IMG/VR virus record: IMGVR_UViG_3300007959_000003
Location: 1 to 52,936 of that record
Origin: a virus
Taxonomy: Duplodnaviria; Caudoviricetes
Strand: one strand, 5' to 3'
Length of the DNA: 52,936 nt
Of the stretch, positions 19,401 through 28,531 are shown piece after piece (position 1 is the stretch's first letter; the number at the start of each line of letters is the position of its first letter). Made by a program: the position numbers and the translations under genes. Under the pieces are notes generated by a model. That model was not told the origin of the DNA. It made no database searches and was given only the letters and a program-made list of their open reading frames with translations.

Positions 19401-21596
19401 GGCTGCCGCCGCTGCCGCGTCGTATTTGGTTTCATCCTGGAGCTGCTGCAGCCGGTCGGTGTTCGGGTTGTCGCTGGTCTTGCTGTACGCCTGATAGGCC
19501 GTATGGGCTTCAGCGTTGAGCAACTTCAGCCGGTTCATGGCGGAGGACCGCTCAAGTTCGTATTGGCGGTTCAGCATGTCCTGCTCAGTTACAAGGCCCT
19601 GGTCGAACTGCTGCTTCAGGATGTCGAGCTGCTCTTTGCTGGTCACCTCGGCAAGGGCGATCTTTTCTTTGCTGTGCTGGAGGTCCAGCGCGCGGGTCGC
19701 GTCCCACACGCTGCGGTCGTAAGCAGCCTGCCGCTCAGCTTCGGAGTTATCCGCCGGCCCACCGCTGGGAGCCTTCTGCTGCAGCTTCGCCTGTTGTTCC
19801 AAAAGCTTCTTCTGCTGCTCTGCGAGCTGCGGGACGAAAGCCTGATCTAGTTTGTTGCTCTTGAGCTGTGCTTCCAGAACCTGCAGCCTCCGGGTGTCCC
19901 CGCTTTTCTGGGTTGCCACGATCTGCTGCTGCAGCGACAGTTCCTGCTTCTTAAGGTTGTTCAAGTCGGTCTGCGCCTTGGTCGCGGCCTCTTCTATCTT
20001 CTGGCTCGGAGTCTCGGTCTGCGACTTGATCATCGCTGCCAGTTCTTCGTTTTCCTTCATCAGCTTGGAGCGAACCGACCCGGCTCCGTTCTCTGCTATT
20101 TCCCGGTTCACGGATGCCTGACGATCCTTGAACTTCTCCCAGGCGTAGGTGAGCGCGCCGATAGCGATGATGATGAGGCCAATCTCCCCTCCGACGAGGG
20201 CGAGCGCGGCCTTCATGCCTCCTATCACACCGGTGACCATCGACTGAGCTACGGCAAGGGCTCTGGAGCTGAAGGTGGCCGCGTTCATCGCTTCAGCATG
20301 TGCAATCGACGCGACAGCTGCGGAGCCTTGGGCGGCTGATTCAGCGGCGATAGCCGCGGTAATCTGCGTCTCGGCGGCTAGAAGCTGCGCGTCCAGTGCG
20401 ATGAGTTCCCAGTGAGCAGCGGCACGCGTTTCTGCCGACGCACTCGCGAGACCTACAGCAATCACATACTCACGATAGGCAGCAGCCGAGGCCTGCGTTG
20501 CGATTGCCTCCTGCGCCGAGGCTGTCACCGCTGCAAGGGCGGCCTGAGTAGATTCGACTTGTGCAGCGGCCCTTTGGAGATTTGCCTGCGCGCTCCCGAG
20601 GGTAACCACATTGCCCTGAAGCATCTGTGCGGCGTAGATCACCTGGGCCCGGCCTGCATCGTAGACAGCGGCCGCGGTACGAGCGAAGAAGACAGTAAGC
20701 CCGATTGCGACCAGCGCGCCGGCCGCGCTCTTGATCTCGCTCACGTGGCCCTGCATGAATTTCAGCCCGTCCGATACCGCGAAGACGGCGGCAGTGAGCT
20801 CCGGGAGGAACACCTGGCCGAGCGCGAGCTTGAGCTCTTCGGTGTAGCGCTTCATGGACTGGATCTGCTTGCCGGCGGTGCCCATGGATGCTTCGTAGGC
20901 ACCATTGATGTTGACGGCTGACTTCTTCACCTCGATCACCCGGGCGTGGGCCTTTTCCTCTTCGCTCAGCTCAGCAGCAGTTTTGCCGAGGCTTGCCGCA
21001 AGTTCCTGGTACCCCTTCTCGAAGTTCACCATCAGGCCCATGTGGTGAAGGATGATCGCCTGCCCGGTGGACATGCCGAGGATCATCCGATCGAATGCAT
21101 CCGAGGAGTTGGTGTTTGCGATGACCGCCGCGTTCTGGGCGATCCGGGCGAGGTTCTGGGACTCCTTCAAGTCCAGGTTGGCCTGGACCATCCGAATGAC
21201 GGACTGGCGCGAGGCCTCGGTGGTGATCCCCATGGCGGCCACGCCCTTGGCGTAACCTTCCATCTGGCTGTTGGTGTAGAGGAGGTTTTTTCCGGTCTGC
21301 TGCATAACGACGCCGAGAGTTTCCACCCTGGCGGCGAGGAGTGTGGAGTCCTGCAGCAGTTCTTTCAGTTTCCAGGTAGCGAAGGCCGCGGCGACGCCTG
21401 CGACCATGACGGAAAGCCGGCTTGCTGCCCCGCCGAGACCATCCATGGCCGACTGGAGCATTCCGACGTTACTTGTTGAGGACTGGGCGCTGCGGGAGAT
21501 GTCGTCAAGAGAGCGGGTGACGATACGAGAGCCGTCCTGCGCCCTCGTACCGTCGACCCCTACGCGGAGATATGTTTCGGTGCCCTGTCCCATCAT
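16407..21596 (-). CDS. Tail tape measure protein
   Basis: 1729 aa, Ala-rich helical, lambda-type C-terminal region, follows the tail assembly chaperones. Confidence 0.93.
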   Translation of the reverse strand: MMGQGTETYLRVGVDGTRAQDGSRIVTRSLDDISRSAQSSTSNVGMLQSAMDGLGGAASRLSVMVAGVAAAFATWKLKELLQDSTLLAARVETLGVVMQQTGKNLLYTNSQMEGYAKGVAAMGITTEASRQSVIRMVQANLDLKESQNLARIAQNAAVIANTNSSDAFDRMILGMSTGQAIILHHMGLMVNFEKGYQELAASLGKTAAELSEEEKAHARVIEVKKSAVNINGAYEASMGTAGKQIQSMKRYTEELKLALGQVFLPELTAAVFAVSDGLKFMQGHVSEIKSAAGALVAIGLTVFFARTAAAVYDAGRAQVIYAAQMLQGNVVTLGSAQANLQRAAAQVESTQAALAAVTASAQEAIATQASAAAYREYVIAVGLASASAETRAAAHWELIALDAQLLAAETQITAAIAAESAAQGSAAVASIAHAEAMNAATFSSRALAVAQSMVTGVIGGMKAALALVGGEIGLIIIAIGALTYAWEKFKDRQASVNREIAENGAGSVRSKLMKENEELAAMIKSQTETPSQKIEEAATKAQTDLNNLKKQELSLQQQIVATQKSGDTRRLQVLEAQLKSNKLDQAFVPQLAEQQKKLLEQQAKLQQKAPSGGPADNSEAERQAAYDRSVWDATRALDLQHSKEKIALAEVTSKEQLDILKQQFDQGLVTEQDMLNRQYELERSSAMNRLKLLNAEAHTAYQAYSKTSDNPNTDRLQQLQDETKYDAAAAAAERAAREIDAMDTLQPGKRQALFQQQSASLSSVNGQLLEAQGSYRKAAEAKAAFEQSSPEFLRLPEELKLQKKALGELVIEEGKRKDISISTASTLSDLANQLTRLNSLESSYQLTVEQAATGRLSIYEAERTALQSRYNAESGASEASRQVQEQLRQSIEQTSAKIVEQQKILGDRTAIGGAQSALYEYAKTATDAGAQIKNAMLNAFQSIEQALTNMITKGKGDFHSLLSSLGTDIAGMLVKQNITGPITSFLGQAVSGQGTSGLSGMFSTGSMFFSNLTEGVKAGASTGILSGFKEGFSTMISGGSTNFAGGLGMMLPAMGTAGIAAYAANSYFGPGGLWNKGNDEQKAWRGAAMTNPLGWSALGLDWATGGGLFGTNWDSKGQGVNIVVEGGSIRGSSFTDQSREGSFWSGTQNRSIISSLDPKWDAFIKEQFGTISDTLIKDGKILGDSTVAQTLKNFTSAASHIKLDGLSGADQQKAIQTYFQNLTNEAISKLYPEIAKFTKVGEDASSAFNRITSSLQAVNEAATITGNRTLSTSLSGGNDASGIVTALGGASNLLSAIDKYSQVVNTDGNYSTIKAASDHRSIAAALADQNVQIPQTISEYKNLVEAQDLSTQSGRDLYAILLQLAPTFADLKNLSESADTALTTLKDNQSKLDQDTPGRLMVAQGQGYSAQLYKLQIEQENELADARKKGLDVTKLLITQQEEYAKAVSDIYKTAASEAISVQENLLQGLTGILQSNASPLQKYEADKSAYESTKALALQGDKQALSDLTSKITTMLASSSAYNASSSQFQVDKADAVATLASLAGLGTTSPTLEAAQNQLSTLQAIHTALGDGNKAQVEYLKGLLGNTGIVAQYLTGYLANLPGTGSQTAAQAVTSLPSFAVGSPGLPSDMMAQVHQNEIIMDANTSQALQRYGIQVGVADNYGTSFSAGLQATNSILEMQVRYLSMIEQNTAAGNRIMQYGFSRLIAPAEQTAADTAEIKRKTRQAA

Positions 21597-21931
21597 TTCA
21601 CCTTTTTCGAGGCATGGTCGAGATATTCAGCGTCCAGTTCCTGGAGCACGAAGAGATACTCGTCGCGCTCGGTAGCATCGTCTATCCCGTACATGTTGAA
21701 GTAGGCCAGCATCTCACTCATCGGTATGGCGGCCGGGCCGCCCATGGTCCACTGCCGCGAGCTTGAAAGCCTGTTGAAAGCCTCCCAGTAGGATGTCTCC
21801 CACTCGGCAGGGAAGGGACGGTTTAAAAGAGCAGGAGGAGGATCGGCCGGGTTGTCCTGCTCCATCTGTTCAAGGCCCTTGAGACCGGGCCCCCACTGCA
21901 GTTGCCAGCGGAGGCAGACCCTTAGTTTCCC
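21593..21931 (-). CDS. Tail assembly chaperone -1 frameshift extension (gpGT-like)
   Basis: The -1 frame after GGGAAAC reads KLRVCLRWQLQWG...WEAFNRLSSSRQWTMGG. Confidence 0.8.
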   Translation of the reverse strand, partial: GKLRVCLRWQLQWGPGLKGLEQMEQDNPADPPPALLNRPFPAEWETSYWEAFNRLSSSRQWTMGGPAAIPMSEMLAYFNMYGIDDATERDEYLFVLQELDAEYLDHASKKVK

Positions 21932-22392
21932 GCGGCCTCCTCCATGTCCATCTGGCGATAGTTGGCGAAGTCTCCGGCCTGCCCCTGGATGTCGCGGAAG
22001 AGCTCGGCAAGGTCGGTCGAGAAGAGCTTGACCACGTTGGCACGGGTGGCGTCCACGATCTTGCCGTCTGCGGTCGGGATGGAGTTGTCGTGCCACTTGC
22101 CGGCGGCGTCCTGCGCGCGGCAGGTCCCCTTAATCAGGATGGTGTCGTGGTAGACCTCGGCCATGAGCTGGGAAGCCAGGTCATCGTCCATGGTCCCCAT
22201 CTTCATCTGCCGCGCGTAGGGCTTGGAGATCCGGGACTCGAACAACTTACCAAAGGCCTTGTTGGCGCCGCCGGCGCGCGCGACCTTTACCTCGAAGCCG
22301 GGATAGCGCAGCAGGATCCCGTCGGTCTCCATGGTGGAGTCGGTCTTGAAGGCGGCGAACAGCGGGTGCGGGGTAACAGCTTCTTTCTTCAT
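21922..22392 (-). CDS. Tail assembly chaperone (gpG-like)
   Basis: FKTDSTMETDG...VARAGGANKAF; between tail tube and tape measure. Confidence 0.85.
   Translation of the reverse strand: MKKEAVTPHPLFAAFKTDSTMETDGILLRYPGFEVKVARAGGANKAFGKLFESRISKPYARQMKMGTMDDDLASQLMAEVYHDTILIKGTCRAQDAAGKWHDNSIPTADGKIVDATRANVVKLFSTDLAELFRDIQGQAGDFANYRQMDMEEAAGN
21925..21931 (-). promoter_or_regulatory. -1 ribosomal slippery site G GGA AAC
   Basis: X XXY YYZ heptamer immediately before the chaperone stop codon. Confidence 0.85.
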
Positions 22393-22485
22393 GGTGATAC
22401 TCCTCTCTGGTGGTGGAATAAAAAGCGGCAGCAAAGGGGCAGTCCCCCACGCGGGGAGGGCCGCCCCGCCGACCCACTGAATGAA

Positions 22486-23685
22486 CTACGAAACCTTGTC
22501 GATCTGCAGGGTACAGCCGCCGAAGATACCGGCCGACGCCGAGGGGTTACCCTCGAGGGTGAAGTCTGCCATCACGTCCTGATTCGGGCCTCCGGCCACG
22601 ATCTTCGGATCCATCAGCGCGGCATTGGCCAGGGTAAAGACGAACCCGGCACCCAGCGAGTCGCAGGCGGAGAAGGAGAGCATTGCCTTCGTCTCGTTGA
22701 TGAACTCGGTGTACTGGTCGAAGGTCCGGAAATAGAGGGAGACGGAACCGGTAGCTTCGAGCAGCCCCTTGCGCATACCCTGCGCGGCGGCGGAGCCGAG
22801 ACCGTACTGCGCGGCTGCGCTCTGACCGGACCATTTGAGGTCCAGCTTCATGATGGTCGCCGGAGTCGCCCCGGACATCATTTCGCCGGAGCCACGGTAG
22901 ACCTTGCCGAATCCGTTCACGGTGCTGATGACGTCGCCTGCCCCGGCGGCAAGCTGCGCCCCGGTGGAACCGTCAGCAACAGCCGAGAGCTGATCCTGTG
23001 CCAGGAAGTTCAGGGAGCCAGCGAAGAACCCGCCCTGCGATGCCGAGATGTCGCCGCCGGTCGGCCAGGTGCCGGGGTACTGGAGGAACAGTACGGAGGT
23101 GAGTTGCTTCTGGAAGAAGAAGGACTGAAACACGTTCGCGTTGCGCACGCACTGGCCGGTGATGGAGACGTTGTCTCCGGCAACTTTAGTCGCGGGCGGG
23201 GCCGGGAGCGTGGTGATCTTACCGGCGGCCGCAGTCAGCACCTGGTAAAGCCCGTTGCTGGTGACGCCTGCCCCGGTGAGGCCCTTGACACGGACCCATG
23301 CACCCGGAATGAGCCCGGCCAGCCCGTTGCCGGAATCGGTGAATCCGTCGGCGACTGCGGCGATGGTGGCTGCGGTGACCGCGGTGGCCGCCAAGGGAGT
23401 GCCCATGATGGAGGCCGCGATGATGTCGAACGGGGTGGCCGAGGAAAGCGAGTGCTTGGTGTCGCCCTTGGTCTCCACCTTGTTGGTGACGGCGGCCGAG
23501 ACCTGCCCGGTGGCGTTGATCTCGCTCGGGCGGCTACGGCCCTTGGCCTGGGTGAAGCCTTCCGAGTCCATGCGGATCTGCTGGAAAGCCACGGCCGGTT
23601 TCTGAGCCCATGCCGCCTCGGGCGCATAGGAAACGATGACATCGTTGGTGCTGATACCTGCCTGGTATCCGGAGGTAGGCGACAT
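22486..23685 (-). CDS. Major tail tube protein
   Basis: PEAAW...SEINATGQV...ATGSVSLYF...GPNQDVMADF. Confidence 0.85.
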   Translation of the reverse strand: MSPTSGYQAGISTNDVIVSYAPEAAWAQKPAVAFQQIRMDSEGFTQAKGRSRPSEINATGQVSAAVTNKVETKGDTKHSLSSATPFDIIAASIMGTPLAATAVTAATIAAVADGFTDSGNGLAGLIPGAWVRVKGLTGAGVTSNGLYQVLTAAAGKITTLPAPPATKVAGDNVSITGQCVRNANVFQSFFFQKQLTSVLFLQYPGTWPTGGDISASQGGFFAGSLNFLAQDQLSAVADGSTGAQLAAGAGDVISTVNGFGKVYRGSGEMMSGATPATIMKLDLKWSGQSAAAQYGLGSAAAQGMRKGLLEATGSVSLYFRTFDQYTEFINETKAMLSFSACDSLGAGFVFTLANAALMDPKIVAGGPNQDVMADFTLEGNPSASAGIFGGCTLQIDKVS

Positions 23686-23709
23686 GGCGTTCTCCTTCTT
23701 GGTTGGTGA

Positions 23710-23937
23710 TTAGTGGTTCGGCTCTTCGCCCTGAACCTGCGCGGCAGTTTCCGGTGACGGAGTGGCAGCCGGAGCCACTGCACCGTCTTCCCCGATCTCT
23801 GCCGCCTTGCCGTAGGCGACAAGCGCGCGCTGCGCCGTCTCGTCGACTTCGCCTTCGTGATCCGGCTTCGGGTACACGTCGCCGCGATTGTAAAGCTCCT
23901 CGCCGATCATCTGATTTTCAAGCAATTGGATTTTCAT
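23710..23937 (-). CDS. Hypothetical acidic protein
   Basis: AGGAG SD; in the structural operon. Confidence 0.65.
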   Translation of the reverse strand: MKIQLLENQMIGEELYNRGDVYPKPDHEGEVDETAQRALVAYGKAAEIGEDGAVAPAATPSPETAAQVQGEEPNH

Positions 23938-23946
23938 GGTCTGCTC

Positions 23947-24351
23947 CTATTTGAGATCGTCCCAGTAGAAGGGGATTGTGACGTTGATCTGGTACCATCC
24001 TTGGCCATCGTTGCCGATGGTCTTGACCGAGGCGGTGAGGCATCGGACGGTAGCGCCGCACCAGTTCTGGAAAATATCTACAGCCTGGTCTGCGAGCCGG
24101 GTCAAGGGACCGTCCCCTTTGTTGAGCCCGTCGAAGAACTGGAGGGTGATGATGCCCGGGTGGCGCCGGTCCTTCTTATCTGCACCGATGGAAAGCTGTG
24201 CTGCGTCGCCTTCCTTGATTGTGAATCGCATCCATGGTGCGGCGGGGTTCGGCGCAGCGAATGTGAGGTTCGGCCACTCGATGGGGGTGATAGCTCCCCA
24301 CTGAGTTTTCAGCCTTCCTCTGATCTCGGCTGCCGCCGCGTCGTAGCTCAT
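23947..24351 (-). CDS. Tail terminator-like protein (DUF4128-like)
   Basis: WPNLTFAAP...WYQINVTIPF. Confidence 0.8.
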   Translation of the reverse strand: MSYDAAAAEIRGRLKTQWGAITPIEWPNLTFAAPNPAAPWMRFTIKEGDAAQLSIGADKKDRRHPGIITLQFFDGLNKGDGPLTRLADQAVDIFQNWCGATVRCLTASVKTIGNDGQGWYQINVTIPFYWDDLK

Positions 24352-24358
24352 CCCGTCC

Positions 24359-24763
24359 TCACAGCTGGTTGATGAAGGTCTGAATCTCGTTGAGGCTGCC
24401 CTCTACCATCCCGACCGGAGCCTGCGAACTGTGTCCGTCCTCAAGCGCTTCGATGTAGGGCAGGTTGTTCTCCAGCCAGACCACCTGGCGTGCCGGGTCG
24501 GCTGCCGTGATCCCCTGCAGCCCTGTCGCGATGGTGGCGCCGCCATCTTTGTCGAAGGTCTCGGCCTGGGCCCCGGACGGAGCACCCAGTGAAACGCTCC
24601 AGTTGGCGCGCGCCCGGCCTGTATCGACCGGAGTCTTCTGGACGATCCTGGTCAGCAGCTCAAAGGAGATCTTCTTGACCACCGCTGCGTGGGCCTGGGG
24701 CACAACTACCTTGGCGAAGTTGGAAAGATCGAGTTGAAACGCTGCCAGGTTGTCGGTACTCAC
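24359..24763 (-). CDS. HK97 gp10-like neck protein
   Basis: TPVDTGRARANW, NNLPYIEALEDGHSSQAPVGMV. Confidence 0.88.
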   Translation of the reverse strand: MSTDNLAAFQLDLSNFAKVVVPQAHAAVVKKISFELLTRIVQKTPVDTGRARANWSVSLGAPSGAQAETFDKDGGATIATGLQGITAADPARQVVWLENNLPYIEALEDGHSSQAPVGMVEGSLNEIQTFINQL

Positions 24764-25152
24764 CGGAGAACCATCACGTTGAACATGGTGTCGACTCCGC
24801 CGGGATCCAGTCCGTCTGCTGCCTGAACCGTCCACCAGATCGAGTCGCCACCGGAGCCCCCGGGGAGGTAGATCTGGTCTCCGATCTTCGGGACGTAACC
24901 CACGGCCTCAAGGATCAGCATGATCGCCCCAGCCTCAACTAGACTCTTGATATGGGCGGAGAACTCGGCGTACTTCGTGAGCTTACCGAGGCTCGCCTTG
25001 ATCCCGTAGACGTCCCACTCTTGAACCGTGGGCGCCGCCGGCTGTCCGGCAACCTCGTCATACTCGCCCGGTACCGACCGGCGCGCGGTCATCTTGAAGC
25101 CGGCAGACCTGATACCGGCCGATGCCGATTTGCGGACGGATTCGTAGTTCAC
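24760..25152 (-). CDS. Head closure/head-tail joining protein
   Basis: Position; GEYDEVAG; PKIGDQI. Confidence 0.65.
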   Translation of the reverse strand: MNYESVRKSASAGIRSAGFKMTARRSVPGEYDEVAGQPAAPTVQEWDVYGIKASLGKLTKYAEFSAHIKSLVEAGAIMLILEAVGYVPKIGDQIYLPGGSGGDSIWWTVQAADGLDPGGVDTMFNVMVLR

Positions 25153-25421
25153 TACTTGCCCCCAGCCCTGAACCAGCCCATCTCGATAGCAACCTTGATC
25201 CCTGCCACCAGCCCGACCAGAACGAAGATCCCTTTCACAGCTAGTTTCACAACCTCGCTCTTGGCGGTTTTAGCAGTGTCCAGCCAGTCCCGAACGAATT
25301 GGACCTCTTCGGGGGTGAACAGGCAGGCGTTAGATTTGCACCTTACGGCTTCGCTGATCGCGGCCACGTCTTCATCAGTCAGTGTGCGCTGGCGTCTCGG
25401 GGAATACTCTTTCTCGGGCAC
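25152..25421 (-). CDS. Small protein with C-terminal TM helix (holin-like candidate)
   Basis: LAVKGIFVLVGLVAGIKVAI; GGAGG SD. Confidence 0.6.
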   Translation of the reverse strand: MPEKEYSPRRQRTLTDEDVAAISEAVRCKSNACLFTPEEVQFVRDWLDTAKTAKSEVVKLAVKGIFVLVGLVAGIKVAIEMGWFRAGGK

Positions 25422-25433
25422 AGGTGGCCTCCG

Positions 25434-25976
25434 TTATCCGCGCACGGCGTCGCAGCTGTTGATCGGTTTCAGGTAGTCGGAGAGCAACTGGTCGATCTCC
25501 GGGTAAAGCACGGCGCCCTTGTTGCCCTTCCCATACTCGAATTCGATCACGTCGATCTTCTCCTTACTCAGCGCCCCATTCAGGTCGGGAGCAAGGGGGC
25601 CGGCGAGCGCCCGGAGAGCCAGGGAGCAGACGGCATCCTTCACGCGCTGGGGGATCAGGTTGGCGGGGAGGTAGTAGTGGCCCTGGTTCCCGAGCACTGA
25701 GCGGCTCATTGCGTCGATGAATCCGGGAATCTCTACGGCGATCCTCGGCCACTCCAAAGCTTGGGTGAAAGGCTGAACCTTAAAGCCTTTGAGCCTTGCG
25801 CGGTAGTGACTGTCGAGAAAGGTGGTGGCGCTGATGATCGCGGCGGTTTTCTGGGCATCGGATGCCGTGCCCCACGCTGCGTTTCCGCGGTCGGAGTGGT
25901 ACGTGTCACAGTCGAGGACCGTGCTGTACGAATTGGCAGCCGGGATGATCCCGCCCGTTTCGACCACCAGCGCCAT
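25434..25976 (-). CDS. Head-tail adaptor (DnaT-like family)
   Basis: MALVVETG...ANSY...QALEWPR...IPQRVKDAVCSLA. Confidence 0.85.
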   Translation of the reverse strand: MALVVETGGIIPAANSYSTVLDCDTYHSDRGNAAWGTASDAQKTAAIISATTFLDSHYRARLKGFKVQPFTQALEWPRIAVEIPGFIDAMSRSVLGNQGHYYLPANLIPQRVKDAVCSLALRALAGPLAPDLNGALSKEKIDVIEFEYGKGNKGAVLYPEIDQLLSDYLKPINSCDAVRG

Positions 25977-25979
25977 CGC

Positions 25980-26282
25980 TTACCCCTTCACTTTCCAGCC
26001 AGCCTCGACGTGGCCGGCGACGCAGGTCGGGTGAACTTCCAGGTCGGTACCATCCTTGTGGACGGTCACCAGTTCGACATCGCTGGAGCCGCCGCCGTGG
26101 TAGGACGCCTGCAGCGTTTTGACCTGAGCGATAGCCCGGCAAAGGGACAAGAGAGTCGTTTTGCTGGCGGGCTTGGAGTAGCTCACCAGATTCTCGTCCA
26201 GGTATGCGGCGAGTTCTTCGGCGCTCTTGGTGTGAAATTCGTCCTGGATCTGGTCCTGGGTTTCTTCCTGGTTTTCAGCCAT
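25980..26282 (-). CDS. Hypothetical protein with HeH-like motif
   Basis: ELAAYLDENLVSYSKPASKTTLL; VHPTCVAGHVEAGW. Confidence 0.65.
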   Translation of the reverse strand: MAENQEETQDQIQDEFHTKSAEELAAYLDENLVSYSKPASKTTLLSLCRAIAQVKTLQASYHGGGSSDVELVTVHKDGTDLEVHPTCVAGHVEAGWKVKG

Positions 26283-26320
26283 GGTGGTACCTCGCAAAGA
26301 GAGAGTTGAGAGAAAGGGTG

Positions 26321-26349
26321 AAGGGCGCCCCGATCATGGCGGCGCCCTT
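26321..26349 (-). terminator. Hairpin after the capsid gene
   Basis: aagggcgcc...ggcgccctt. Confidence 0.6.
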
Positions 26350-26354
26350 GTGGT

Positions 26355-27515
26355 TTAACCCATCAGGGTGACGATGTGGGGGCTCTTGACGGCCTTCACA
26401 CCCCATGCGAGGCTCACTAGGTACATGATCTGCTGGAACTGGCGATACATGGCGATCTGGAAGGCGAGACCGGTGACCGGATCGGTGACGATCATCACGT
26501 CATCGGCCATGTCGAGGGCTTTGCCGTTGGCATCGACCGGCATGGCGGGGGCGCGGGTGACCAGGTGAATCGCGGACTTCGAGAAGCCGATGTTCGCGGT
26601 GTAGTTGGCGCCTACGGTGAGGGCATTGGCGGTGGGGATGGTAACCAGCGCGCCGGGCTTGTTGAGGGAGATGGTGCCGGGTGCCGCTACGCCGGTACCC
26701 ACCACGTACTTGTTGGCGGCATCGGCGGCGAAGGTTACCACGTCGCCCGCGTTGACGGTCCCGTTGCCGGTCACCAGGGCGATGTCGGAGACACCTACGG
26801 CCGTGGATCCCGAGGTGACGTAGTTAGCGCCGGTGCCTTTGGTGATGGTCTGCACTTGGGCGGATTCGCCGATGCCAAACCCGGACAACTGCCCGAGAAT
26901 GCCAGCGCGCAGCATGTCGGCGGTGCCAGCCTCGTTGACCTTGAAGAGGACGCTCTGCTTGCCGCGCATGTTGGCGCCTGCGGTGGTACCGAGCACTAGC
27001 CTACGGTCGCCAGGGGCGCCGTTGTCATCCAGGATCTTCTTGACCTGGGCCACGTCGGAGAGGTCGCCAGCGGTGCCAAAGGGGGCGGTGCCGGCGGTGC
27101 CGTAGGCGCGGGAAGCACCCTTGTAGGCTGCAACTGCGATGTCGAGTTCGACCGCGTTGGCGAGTGTGCGGAAGGCCTGCTGGAACTGGTCCATCAGGAG
27201 GGCGTTGTAGGTGCCGGCGTTCAGCATCCCTTTCTGCTCTTCGCCGTTCCAGCGGACCGGATAGCCTTTGGACTTGGAGATGATCATGGACCCGTTGCCG
27301 ATGGTCTGGTCGCCAGCGTCCGGAGCGGTGACGCCGGGGGTCACATCGATGAGCGAGCTCGGGGAGGTGATCGGGTAGGTGATGCTTTCGTTGAGGGCCG
27401 CGCGCTCCGCATTGGAGTTCTTGTAAACCGCCGGGATGAAACCGGTCAGTTCGCGCGAAACTACGTCGAGGGACTCGTAAAGGACCGGGATAAGGCCGGT
27501 GAGGGTATTGCCCAT
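26355..27515 (-). CDS. Major capsid protein (P22 coat-like family, HK97 fold)
   Basis: NTLTGLIP.LYESLDVVSRELTGFIPAV...DPVTGLAFQIAMY...AWGVKAVK. Confidence 0.92.
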   Translation of the reverse strand: MGNTLTGLIPVLYESLDVVSRELTGFIPAVYKNSNAERAALNESITYPITSPSSLIDVTPGVTAPDAGDQTIGNGSMIISKSKGYPVRWNGEEQKGMLNAGTYNALLMDQFQQAFRTLANAVELDIAVAAYKGASRAYGTAGTAPFGTAGDLSDVAQVKKILDDNGAPGDRRLVLGTTAGANMRGKQSVLFKVNEAGTADMLRAGILGQLSGFGIGESAQVQTITKGTGANYVTSGSTAVGVSDIALVTGNGTVNAGDVVTFAADAANKYVVGTGVAAPGTISLNKPGALVTIPTANALTVGANYTANIGFSKSAIHLVTRAPAMPVDANGKALDMADDVMIVTDPVTGLAFQIAMYRQFQQIMYLVSLAWGVKAVKSPHIVTLMG

Positions 27516-27591
27516 GAGGGATTCTCCTTACATGCCGCTTCACAGCGGTGAGGTTATCTCCCCAGCCTATCTCACGACAGTCCGAGGAGGT

Positions 27592-28353
27592 TTAGTCTGC
27601 GACGGTTCCCCCGCCTTTGATGTGGGCCAACTGGCCTGCAGGGTCCAGTGCGCCGAATGCTGTTCTGTTCAGAGTCTTGCCGCCTCCGCCTCCGCCCCCC
27701 TGGCTACCCGGGGTACCTGCACCGGACCCGCCGGAGCCCTTCAGGATGTGGTCGCGCTTCGGGTGGCTTTCGACCAGGATGGCCACTGCCTCGTCAAAGT
27801 CTGCGACTTCGCCGGGCTTCACGCGGCTGTAGATCTGGTTGCCGGCTGCGTCGTAGGGAACTACCTTGCCGCCCTCGACCTTGAAGTTCTTGGCGAAGAA
27901 GGCCTCGGCGATGTCCGGCGTTTCCCCGAGGATCGTCTTATCCTTGAGGTACGAGCTGGTGGCGAAGCGGTTGCCGACTTCCAGCTTGTAGATGTGCCCA
28001 TCCTTACCGGTCAACTCCTGATCCTTGGCGGCCAGCTGTTCCTGCAGTGGCTTGACGGCGTTGGCGATGAGGGTCTTGATCCCCTCGTCATCCATAGCCT
28101 TCTTGCCTTCCATCGACTGAGCGAACTGGAGGGCTTTGGCAGCAGCGGCCGGGTCGATCCCCTCGAAGGGCTTGAGCGCGGTGGCGAGTTCTTCGGCCTT
28201 CAGCCGGTGGTTTTTCGCTTCCCCGTTCAGAGCGGTGATCTTGGCCATTGCTGCGGGCGCATCGAAGGGAATCTCGGCGCCACTGTCATCGAGGTAAACG
28301 GGCTTCCCGTCCTTTACCTCTGCAAACCCCTGCTCGTTCAGTTTCAGCTTCAT
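27592..28353 (-). CDS. Capsid scaffolding protein (DUF6651-like)
   Basis: MKLKL...DGKPVY...LNGEAKNHR...PGEVADFDEA...GSGGSGAG. Confidence 0.85.
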   Translation of the reverse strand: MKLKLNEQGFAEVKDGKPVYLDDSGAEIPFDAPAAMAKITALNGEAKNHRLKAEELATALKPFEGIDPAAAAKALQFAQSMEGKKAMDDEGIKTLIANAVKPLQEQLAAKDQELTGKDGHIYKLEVGNRFATSSYLKDKTILGETPDIAEAFFAKNFKVEGGKVVPYDAAGNQIYSRVKPGEVADFDEAVAILVESHPKRDHILKGSGGSGAGTPGSQGGGGGGGKTLNRTAFGALDPAGQLAHIKGGGTVAD

Positions 28354-28439
28354 GGCTTCGCGCCCCTTTTCGTAGACCCTCACGGGTTGGTTGCCTATCC
28401 AGGCAGTATGTTACTCACTTGAGTACAAAATTCACACGA

Positions 28440-28468
28440 CAGATACGCCGAGAGCGCACCTTTGTCAA
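28440..28468 (-). promoter_or_regulatory. Putative promoter TTGACA-N17-TATCTG upstream of scaffold/capsid
   Basis: Perfect -35 in an AT-rich intergenic region. Confidence 0.45.
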
Positions 28469-28531
28469 TAAAAAATTCAACTGAGAGTGAAGACGGTTCG
28501 AGATTGGCTAAACGTAGGCGGAGTGAGGGTG

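Noticed and set aside
21922-21931. Tail chaperone frameshift as a novelty
   Set aside because: Well-known lambda G/GT-type feature; listed as a feature only.
22090-23709. Long plus-strand ORFs (also 34130-35443, 31670-32785, 27499-28422, 9584-10402)
   Set aside because: Antisense shadows of GC-rich structural genes, with no motifs or SD.
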